DNA of 64,000 nucleotides from Balanoglossus misakiensis (Eukaryota; Animalia; Hemichordata), in contig CM082589.2 in the NCBI GenBank assembly GCA_040954595.2, forward strand, positions 9,498,894-9,562,893, in the 5' to 3' direction. The translations under genes and the position numbers were made by a program. Under the pieces are notes generated by a model. That model was not told the DNA's origin. It was given only the letters and a program-made list of their open reading frames with translations, and ran no database searches. Below are positions 10,115 to 20,319 of this stretch, piece after piece; positions within the stretch are counted from its first letter, which is position 1, and the number at the start of each line of letters is the position of its first letter.

Positions 10115-11773
10115 GTAAGTGAACTGTTAACTGTAACAACTGACATTTCACACCAAGGGCAACGATGTCTGGCGGTGACGCGAACGACGACTGTTTTTAC
10201 AAGTGGTTTACATTTTGTTTGTTTTGTGGACTGAGGACTGTTGTTCAAAATTTCTCCCTTCAACCCCATGCACGTAAATTTAACGAGCAATTTTTGTCAC
10301 AAAACATATGACGGTTACGTTTAGACTAGTGGCTAGTCGGTGGCTAATAGGTTTTTTATGTTTCAACGGGTCAGCTTGCCCGACACACGGAAAACATAGA
10401 AACTTCTAGTGTCTGTGTGTATTGCTAGTTGACAAAAAAGTCACACTAATCGCAATGTTTTCCATTCACAAGTCCAAGTCTCCATTGAACGATATTTTTC
10501 AAAAATTATTTTACCGGTTGAGCAAGTCCAAAGTGAACACAATTTTATGAGCGAGTTCTAGCTTTAGATAAAACACCCATTGGAATCCATGTCTGTTTTA
10601 CTTTGTAACTATTCCGGCAATGCGTCTATATGCAGTCAGATTGACGCCATATCAAATGATGATCACCTTTGACCCAAAATGAGTTCATTCAAGGTGACGC
10701 AGGCATGTTGTTGGTCATAAAGGGTCGTGGATAATTATTAATTCCGCATGAGCTAATTCAATCTTCTCCGTAACCTTTGCAGACAGACGACGCGACAGGT
10801 TGATGATACATGTGTGCATACCCACGAGTAAACTTTTTAAAATGAATCAATCGAACTTTGACAGTAAAATCACGAAAATAAAGCATAAAGTGAGGCATAC
10901 AAAATGCAACTATTTTCGTTTGATCCCAAACCCTCTTTTAAATGAAAGTTTGGAAGAAGAAAAAAACAATGAAAAGTTTATCCCCTCGACGTTTATACAC
11001 CGACCCTCTCTCCAAGAACTCATATTTGTTGTAACCCAAAAAGAAAGGCAATCAAATCGGTACATGCGTGCACATAAAGTTGTGATATTTACTGACCATA
11101 ATCAAATTTTCATCACAGCATGTTTGTTCCATTCCTCGTGACACTAAAATACCATTGTGAAGAAGTTGCTAATAAACGCTTTAATCCGAATTTAGCGTAA
11201 GATTAAGGTACACCATGCACCAATTCTTTTATTTCTAATAAACAGTTATGTCTACAAACAAAAAATTATTGAGGTACTAGCACATTTCAGTGTACTTTGT
11301 TGTCTTATGCCTTCATGTACAAGACGGGGGGGGGGGGGGGCTTATACACCAGCGAGTTCTTCCTCTGTACAAATTTACAAGTCAGACATTTTGTGCTCAG
11401 TAGTGCATTATGGGCCGGTTGTCGTTATCATGGAATGTCGTATCATTCATTGTTTTCCTGTTGTTGGAATTCCAGTATTTTGTGATCAGAATTTCACCGA
11501 TGGAATTGTTTTATTATTCGCGATCAAAACTCACAATAATCGCATTTTTCCATGAAGGGATATTGTGCGCGTGCGTGAATTATCCACAACTCCAAAGAAG
11601 AATGGCATATAAATCTCGAAATAGGCACACACAGTTAACTTCTATAAAAGTAAGACATTCTAACCGATAGAAAGGAACATGTCTACATGGACTTTGACTA
11701 TATGGCCTATCACAACGGAAACATGTGTTATCCGTTGGCCGTGTGGTGACAGCCGTGCTGAGATGTTCATGGC

Positions 11774-13973
11774 TGTATCACCCCAATATGTAATAATTAA
11801 CCCAATATGTAATACTAACCCAATATGTAATAACGCCTTAACCCAATATGTAATACTAACCCAATATGTAATAACACTTAACCCAATATGTAATACTAAC
11901 CCAATATGTAATAACACTTAACCCAATATGTAATAAACTTTAATTCTACATGTAATAAACGTTATCAGCTAGCTGCATATGTAATAAGCGTTAACCCTAT
12001 ATGTTATAGACTTGAATTTTACATGAAATAAACGTTTTCAGTTAACCCTATATGTAATAAACGTTAACCCTATATGTAATAAACTTTAGTTCTACATGAA
12101 ATAACGTTAATTCTACATGAAAAAATACGTTATTAGTTAACCCTATATCTAATAAACTTTATTTCTACATGAAATAACGTTAATTCTACATGAAAAAAAA
12201 CGTTATTAGTTAACCCTATATGTAATAAACTTTAACCCTGTATGTAATTAACTTTAACCCAATATGTAACACTAACCCAATATGTAATACCACTTAAACC
12301 AATATGTAACACTAACCCAATATGTAATAACACTTTAACCCAATATGTAATACTAACCCAATATGTAATAACACCTTAACCCAATATGTAATACTAACCC
12401 AATATGTAATAACACCTTAACCAAATATGTAATACTAACCCAATATGTAATAACACTTTACCCCAATATGTAATAACACTGCCCTAATGTGTTTGAATAT
12501 GTAATATTAACCCAATAGAGTTGAAGTAAAACTCAAGTCTTTATAAAAAGTAGTGAAATCAAGTTGTGTACGCATGCGTGACATCAACATATTGTCTCAG
12601 ATGGAAGCTTCCAGACATATACAGAGAATACCCAGGACACATAATTGACATGGAAATTTTCCAAATTTTAGACAGAGAATCTGAGTTATTAATGAAGCCA
12701 TATACATCAGGACACTTCAATCCTCACTTGTAGAGATTGGGGCAGGGGGGGGGGGGTTACACTTTACCATCCGTGCACACTACTTGCCCGTCAAAAGTGA
12801 AACAGATACAAGTATACCTTTCTTAATTTTGAAGTCCCAAAGGGGGGGGGGTCATCTTTTTTTAAAAAAACGTTTAGGGGGTTCACGTACTTTTGCCACA
12901 AAACTTGTACTTTTGAGTCCACAAAATTGCAGTTTCGCACCCTTTATTTTACAAAATTTTCTAATCCCCAGCGTACCCCCGGGGCCTCCCCACCTCGGGT
13001 GAGACGGGACAAATGTGGCGAATTAGCCCAGTGTTGCAGTCCCCTAGTGGGTGGATCCGTATACTAACAGCCGATAGTAATAGTTTTGCGAAATATAGCA
13101 TAAAGCTAGAGGTTCAAACAACAAAATTTACCTTGATTTCATGTGGATGTAAAGGTTAGGTAAATCTATCACTATGTTAACTTTACCAGGACTATCAAAT
13201 GCTACCCGAACTTACAAGTAATTCGTTGGGTTAAGCGGGAAGTATGTTAAACAATAGGGTTTCCCCCTCTATCACCACCTCTATTGAAAATAGATGAAAT
13301 AATATTATGGTCTTTTCCCAGAAAGACAAATGTCCCCCCCCCCCCCCCCCCCCCGTAAAAACAAATACAAGCCACCTTTACCATTACATATTGGGTTAAG
13401 TGTTATTACATATTGGGTTAATGAAAAACATTGAGTTTAGTTTTAAAACATGTTTAATAAGGATTTTAATATTCATATTCTGATATAATTTCATATTGAT
13501 TTGGTGTATTTCATTTAGCTTAGCATTAAAATACATTAGGGCAGTGTTATTACATATCGGGTTAGTGTTACATATTGGTTTAAGTGGTATTACATATTGG
13601 GTTAGTGTTACATCATGGGTTAAAGTTTATTACATACAGGGTTAAAGTTTATTACATATAGGGTTAACTAATAACGTTTTTCCATGTAGAATTAACGTTA
13701 TTTCATGTAGAAATAAAGTTTATTAGATATAGGGTTAACTAATAACGTATTTTTTCATGTAGAATTAACGTTATTTCATGTAAAATTCAAGTCTATAACA
13801 TATAGGGTTAACGCTTATTACATATGCAGCTATTACATGTAGAATTAAAGTTTATTACATATTGGGTTAAGTGTTATTACAAATTGGGTTAGTATTACAT
13901 ATTGGGTTAAGTGTTATTACATATTGGGTTAGTATTACATATTGGGTTAATTATTACATATTGGGGTGATACA
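11774..13973. mobile_element. Foldback-type non-autonomous DNA transposon with modular long TIRs and 6-bp TSD
   Basis: Ends TGTATCACCCCAATATGTAATAATTAACCC...GGGTTAATTATTACATATTGGGGTGATACA. TSD CATGGC at 11,768-11,773 and 13,974-13,979. Arms (~11,774-12,490 and ~13,535-13,973) are built of ~18-22-bp TAACCCAATATGTAATA subrepeats. Confidence 0.92.
12590..12790 (+). pseudogene. Decayed Penelope-like GIY-YIG endonuclease C-terminal fragment inside the foldback element
   Basis: Manual translation gives GHIIDMEIFQILDRESE, then after a frameshift EAIYIRTLQSSL. This resembles the GH..D....ILDRE...EAIYIR...P.LN.D.G end of Penelope ORFs. Confidence 0.55.
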
Positions 13974-14513
13974 CATGGCTAACCGTTGGTCGGTTGTTGA
14001 TTCAATGTTCTGACCAACAGGACGACATCCATCCAGTCTATAGACTATAACAGAAGAGCAGCTGGACAGTGAATTGACCATAACCTTGTTCACATTTCCT
14101 TTTATGGAAATCATGCAAGCCCTATCAAACAGTCAAAAATGCTTCTTGCATGACCCACACACTACTACAGCTACACAATAACTTGCCCACACAGTTTGGA
14201 CAAATATTCATAGTAATACTATCATTGCATTTGTTCACCGTTCTCTTGAATCCATGGGCTCATCCGGGCATTTTCCAGGACATGTATCTATGTTTTTGTG
14301 CATGCCGTGGACGTTTATGTGTAATTAGAATATTTTACCATATAATCGATGCACAAAGTTCATACAATTTGATGTAATAGTTTAGCTATCTCTTTCATGG
14401 TGTTAGTGATTTTGTTAATTTATTATAAAAGATCAGTTCAAATTGTGAAGAATTTTATTATTAACGAAATATTTCAACAAAAAAACAATTGTATGTTTCA
14501 CTGTATGTTACAG

Positions 14514-14612
14514 GATCTCATTAATGCCGCTGAAGATGGTCATGTTGCATGGATTCAATCGTTGATACGTAATGGCTACAATGTCAATGCAAAGGGTGTA
14601 TGCGTGATCTGG
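14514..14612 (+). CDS. Ankyrin-repeat exon (DLINAAEDGHVAWIQSLIRNGYNVNAKGVCVIW)
   Basis: TTACAG| acceptor, TGG|GTAAGT donor, exactly 99 bp (33 aa), phase 0-0; fits the L..AA..GH...I..LI.NG..VNAK consensus. Confidence 0.82.
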
Positions 14613-16013
14613 GTAAGTATTTACACCACGTGGGGCTTGTGATCTCTACTTGGGGCTCCCCACCACTCTTCAGTTGGGTCTGAAAATCGAACTTGGCGTC
14701 GGAAAGTGTTTCTGGGCATGCATTCAGGGGCATCATTTCCCCAACACTAATAAGAAAGTGTGGGTTGACTATGTCATCTGCTGTTGTCATATTCGCCTGC
14801 TGCCCTAGGAGAGCAACTTCTATTGGCATTCACACCACGGCTCTTATTACTACTATTCATGTAACTGTCTATTCATGTAATAGTCAGTACAGGGGAAATT
14901 TCCCGTTTTTGAGTCATAATCCACTTTCTTGTGAAACTCTGGTGTCAATCTAAGGCGGGCACGTCATTCAACATGCCAGGTGTAAACTTAAGTAAATTAG
15001 TTTCTAAGTGCAATAATTGCTCTGCACATATTTGCCCCAACCCCTGGTAAAGTATTCTGGATCCTAGTGTCCCGCGTATTATAATTTACACTTTGTGATT
15101 GGAGGTCATCCTGATCGAGTCACAGACAGCTCGCCAATCAACCATAGAATTAAAATGAGAAAATTACCCCAGAGGTTCATTTCAAAAGGAACGCCCTGGG
15201 TAGCTAATCAACCTGGGAAATAACTGTGGTTGGCCCTTTAAAATGGTAAATAAGCCTGTAAGTGCTGTACTTCTTCCCTCACAACTTTTTTAACGTACAA
15301 CCAAATCACCCAAAATAAAATACACACACTCATTAATATTGCATAACACATAGAAAGTGTGACTTGACATTTGCTTTGTATAACTCGCAACTTGATATGT
15401 ACGCTGATGATCAAACCCTTCCTACCTTGGGAATTTCTGTTTCGCATGTAAATGATTCCCTTCAAAATGATGTAATGTTTATACTGTTCTCATGTGGTTT
15501 AAGTCATACCTTTCCAATCGTAGTCAGTGTGTACTTGTAAATTCCACCCAATCACCTTTTTATCCGCTCGACACTGGGGTACCACAGGGATCAGTTCTTG
15601 GTCCCATACTTTTCAATATGTACACGTCTCCATTAGGTGAATTAGTTCAAAGTCATGGTTGTCTTTATAGTTTTTATGCAGATGACTCTTCACTTTATAT
15701 GTCTTTTAGTAAAGACAACGCAGCAAGAACTGTTTCAAATCTTGAACTTTGTATTTCTGATGTTAGGTTTTGGATGTCTGAAAACTTCTTGTGCTTAAAC
15801 GATGATAAGACTGAATTTGTTATTTTCTCTGGTATTTTGGGTGATCTGTCTGCTAGAGGGATTTCAGAAATTCGTGTTGGCGATTCTCTGATTCCCGTCC
15901 ATTGTCAGGCTAAGAGCCTTGGAGTGATCCTTGACTCTTGTCTGACAATGAAGCCACATATTGGACAGATCTGCCGCTCTGCCACTTTTCATTTACGTCG
16001 CATTGCGCTTATC

Positions 16014-19000
16014 CAGTCGAGAAACTGGGTAGTGAATTTGCATATTTTATCATCACCGGAGCCTCGCTTTCGAACACGCGGGAGCTGCAAACATGGCGTT
16101 CGCAACCCTCGCCGTTGTCATGTAAACACATTTTTAGAAGTGGTTTATCTCAGTTAAAAACACCGAAAGAAAAAGGAAAATCAACTTTTCTGAGGTATTA
16201 TAAAGTAATTATTGGGATAACGAAAAAATCCGCCATTTTTAGCGTCATTTTCTTGCAATTAACGACCTATCTCGGCACCAGTCATTACGGTGATTTACCG
16301 CACTACGACGGGCCAATTTTCAGCGAACGGGTAAGGGGTCAAGGAGGTCGTGAGCCATCACGATATTTCAAACACATGATTTGGAAAGTTCAAAGGTACT
16401 TCAGTCCAAATATGGGAGTAGTGCCGCCTTGCAAACGCAAACGACGCAGTGTTTACTGATCAAGGTCACGTACTTCCGGGTTTCGATGTTGCGCGCAATG
16501 TGTATGCGTCGAAGTTAGTCCTGCGTACAGGTCTGTAGGTTCCCGGCGTTAATTAAAGTGAGCTTCGCGCAATCATTAAAGCCGCCCGGCCGCGAACCAC
16601 ACGATGTGGGCTAAAGGCCAACCTGCATGACCCAGTCCATCAGGGCTACAATTATTGCGGCTACGGTTATGCGAAATACTGACTCTCCTTGCAAGTCACC
16701 GCGTATGTTGCATGCCCCCCCCCCCCCCGCCACGTACAGCCACACAGTTAGTAACATGCCCCCTGGCAAATACATTTGCTATTTTTACCCAGCAATTTCA
16801 TCATCACTGTCAAGGTTATCATCAACTTCGAGAACATTTTCTTCTGGCAAATCATATTCCTGTTCATCCTCAATAATTTCTTCTATTTCACAATTTGTGA
16901 TTTCATTATCATCATTATTGGTTTCTTCTTCAATAATTTCATCAGTTTCTGTCTGCAGTTCCCTGCCCTTGTTGTTGTTGTTCACACAGTTCAGGCAATT
17001 ACCGCCTGGGCCACACATCATGCCCTTCTTTTTGCATTTACATGTATTATTCTTGCATCCTGTTTTCTTACATTTACACCCTTTTGTGTAAAACATCACA
17101 CGCTCTTGAACCTTCTGCATATTTTCCACAGAATCCCACAGTAAATTTATTTTCCCATTTTCCACATTGTATCCTGAGTTTTCATAAGGAGGAAGTGTAA
17201 TGTGATGTCGGTGAGCTTGTGACCACAGTTCAGAAATAAAACACGTTCTATACCAGTGATATTTTAGTGCAGTGTCATTTGGAATTATCTCTTGCTTTGT
17301 CTGCGTTCGTACTTGTATTGTGTCTCTTATTTTACTCAGCCACTTTGTGTGTAATTCCACCGGACTGTCTGATTGGTTATTTACTTTTATTGTTTTGTAC
17401 AGATCAAAGGGGCTTGATGATTCTGAAGAAAATTCACTGTAATGTTTTTGGTAATACAGTGTACCAATAAGACGATAAAATGAAAGCAACCCCCTTTCTC
17501 TACAGATGAATTCTGTGTCTGACAGAGTGCCAGGTGCTACACTCCCGCCTGTAATAAATTCAGCAAATTGATATAAAATTTTCAGAAAAGAGGCTTTACC
17601 ATACCCAACAAAGAAAGAAATGAAATCACACCCACTTGTGATATATAATGTCTGCATTACTTTAGCTCTGATTTCTTTGTCAACTTGTGCTAAATCTGGA
17701 TCATCAAGGAGTGATTCATAAAGTTTGTCGACATTTAGAAATCTGCTTTGTATGTCACATAGCAGGAGTAAGGCTTGACTCTCATTCACATTTGTCTTGC
17801 ATTGTGACAAACGTTTTTTAATCATGGTTTCGGCCATAATAATGGACTTGTCTTTTATAAATCTTTGGCGACGCTTATGGCAATGATGTTTTAGAGGTCC
17901 TGACATTTTGCACACAGACCGCAGCGATTTTTTAAACTCTTGCAGTTGCATGATTACACACTGTTTTTATTTGTTTCACTACATTATTTTTAACTTTACA
18001 CTTATCCCGCATTTTTTTAATACAAATATTATATCGATGCTCTGCCAGTCGTACAAATGTGGAAATATGGTACTTGTAAGCTTTGTAATTATTAAATGAA
18101 GGCTTGCTAGCACTTTTAAGCCTTACATTTAAAATATTTGCAACTTTTGTTTTTATTCAGTTGAGTTTGTATACAGAACCTTGTTTTTTTCCACTTCAGA
18201 GCAGGTTTTGTTAATTTGCAACAGTGCATTTTTACTGACAGAGTTTATGCGTGAACGATGCACCCTCCTTGTCCACAAAGGAAGATTGACTCCACATACA
18301 ATCACCATTTTTATGCGTTTTGTGGTTATCTGTAGTACGTAAGTAGTATAACCCTGGAAGCCAACAATGCACCAATAAATCCGAAAAAAATCAACTTCTC
18401 TGGTAAAACAATAGCAAAGAGATAGCTATGTTAATGTGAGACGAAAAAATGCACGATTTAGTCATACACAAGTCCAAAGAATCATGCGTGGCACGTGGAT
18501 GCACCTCAGTGACACGATCACGAACCGATGTAAACAATCAGCAGCGTGTGACCGCCATATTGGATTTTACTGGCGTCGACCACCCAAAACCTACTCAAGT
18601 TCAATGGCCCGAAACTCCACTTTGGGAAGCTTGAGCCAAAACGAAACAATATCCGTTCAAAATATAAGATATAAAACTAATACAAAAAGCACACTTGGAA
18701 CAATTTTATGCTTGCAAACGGAAACGACGCAGTGTTTATTTTACCACATTCGCTAGACGTAGCGTACAAATAATATCAGAGATCGAACAGAAATACGATA
18801 AATTTTCCACTTTCAACTCGATCAGACGATAGGTTACGTCTATCAAACCTGAGCGACGAAGTTTGGTGGCACAAATCTCACCTTTTGGTGTAGAAAAAGA
18901 CGATTTTCTGAAAGTGAAAAAATACACCAACGGTTCTTGAAGTAATGGTGGCGCTGTTGAAATTCAAAGTAAAATCTCATTAACATATGCAAATCCACTA

Positions 19001-19016
19001 CCCAGTTTCTCGACTG
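16014..19016 (-). mobile_element. Internally deleted Academ (AcademX-like) DNA transposon
   Basis: ~32-bp TIRs CAGTCGAGAAACTGGGTAGTG(A/G)ATTTGCATAT; 4-bp TSD TATC (16,010-16,013 and 19,017-19,020); carries an XPG-like plus Cys-rich ORF. Confidence 0.85.
16785..17951 (-). CDS. Truncated Academ protein: XPG/FEN-like H3TH region, Cys-rich zinc finger, acidic tail (388 aa)
   Basis: LYITSGCDFISFFVGYGKASF, IPNDTALKYHWYR, GCKCKKTGCKNNTCKCKKKGMMCGPGGNCLNC; no DDE core recognisable. Confidence 0.75.
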   Translation of the reverse strand: MQLQEFKKSLRSVCKMSGPLKHHCHKRRQRFIKDKSIIMAETMIKKRLSQCKTNVNESQALLLLCDIQSRFLNVDKLYESLLDDPDLAQVDKEIRAKVMQTLYITSGCDFISFFVGYGKASFLKILYQFAEFITGGSVAPGTLSDTEFICRERGLLSFYRLIGTLYYQKHYSEFSSESSSPFDLYKTIKVNNQSDSPVELHTKWLSKIRDTIQVRTQTKQEIIPNDTALKYHWYRTCFISELWSQAHRHHITLPPYENSGYNVENGKINLLWDSVENMQKVQERVMFYTKGCKCKKTGCKNNTCKCKKKGMMCGPGGNCLNCVNNNNKGRELQTETDEIIEEETNNDDNEITNCEIEEIIEDEQEYDLPEENVLEVDDNLDSDDEIAG

Positions 19017-20319
19017 TATCCGCAAATATTTATCTCATTCAGCTACAGAGCAATTAGTTCATGCATTCATTACGTCTCGAATTGATTCATGTAATTCACT
19101 TTTATTTGGGCTCCCGAAGTATTCAATCAACCGTATCCAACGCGTTCAGAATATTGCTGCTAGAATTGTAACTCGTTCTAAAATCACCTGTCACATCACT
19201 CCAATTTTGTATCAGTTGCACTGGCTACCTGTTACAGAGCGTATTGTTTTTAAGATGTTAGTTCTCATTTTTAAATCCATTCATAAACTTGGTCCAATCT
19301 ATCTTTCTAGCATGACTAATCTATATGTTCCATGTCGCAATTTAAGGTCAGCTGATCAGTTCAAACTCTGCCCTGTTCGATCACGCACCAAGAGTTATGG
19401 TGATCGCGCTTTTACTGTTGCTGCTCCAATTCTTTGGAATAATCTTCCACTCACCATTTGCCAGGCACCAGACTTATCTGTTTTTAAATCAAATGTTAAA
19501 ACTTTACTTTTTAAATCTGTTTTTTAGCCATTTGTTGTATTGTACTTTTGCTTTAAGCGTCATTGATCACATCTTTTTGTGGATACTGACGCTATACAAA
19601 TAAATTATTATTATTATTATTAAGTAACTGGATTCGTAGTAATGGAATGATCATAAATGAGGGCGAAACGAAAGCTATGTTAGTCGGATCTCGTCAAAAA
19701 TAAAATACTTGAACATTTCCGGTGAACAATTGGACATCTCCATTAATGACAAACAAATTTAATGTGTCACCACTAAAAACATACTAGGATCAACATTAGG
19801 CAATTTTATTTCATGGGACAAACATATTGATAAATTGTGTATTACTTTGAGTCGGAAAGTTGCACTACTTAGGCGCCTTTGTAATTTCATACCTTTACAC
19901 CTCAGAAAGGATTTCAATCTGTCATTGACTACTCTTCTATTGTGTTGGGAAATGCGACTTCTAAAATATTTATAAGTTTTATAAAATGCAGAAGCGTGCC
20001 AGAAGAGTGTTACTTAATGCTGATTTTGATATCCCAACCTATGTACTTTTTGAAAGTTTCGATGTGCTACATGTAATTGTTGGACAACGTATTTTTTACT
20101 TTACTTGAACTCAAATATCAGAGACAATTTAAGCAGATAGACGACTTTACAATTTCAGAAGTTTCTATGTGTAGTCACCGCTCTTACAATATTACCTATA
20201 CTAATTTGGTTTCCATGCTTTAAACTTTGTTTAATTATTAAACTCTATGTAGGACCCTATGGCAGATTACAACCATATATGGGTCTATACCCCTGTCTTA
20301 TTATGTATATAGGACATCA

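Larger units (their letters stand above)
15482..19621 (+). mobile_element. 5'-truncated L2/CR1-clade LINE (15,482-16,013 plus 19,021-19,621) interrupted by an Academ element
   Basis: WFKSYLSNRSQ, GVPQGSVLGPILF, FYADD, LNDDKTE. Reading frame continues across the insertion (LRRIALI|RKYLS...SRIDSCNSLLFGLP...LHWLPV...GDRAFTVAAPILWNNLP). Ends in AATAAA plus (TTA)n tail. Confidence 0.92.
15390..20200 (+). mobile_element. Old CR1-group LINE RT remnant (pieces ~15,390-15,481 and ~19,622-20,200) split by younger insertions
   Basis: DMYADDQTL...LQNDVMFI resumes after the L2 tail as SNWIRSNGMIINEGETKAMLVGSRQK, then SWDKHIDKLC..LSRKVALLRRL and DYSSIV.G; many stops and frameshifts. Confidence 0.7.

Noticed and set aside
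11786-12480. Telomeric repeat (TAACCC) or coding repeat ORFs in the foldback arms
   Set aside because: TAACCC occurs once per 18-22-bp subrepeat, never in tandem; the ORFs are minisatellite translations.
14625-14860. SINE with a short TAC/TAT tail
   Set aside because: No convincing Pol III A/B boxes or TSD, and no second copy in the window.
15938-17144. Plus-strand ORFs of 120-170 aa around the Academ left end
   Set aside because: They cross element junctions or are antisense shadows of the Academ ORF, with no motifs.
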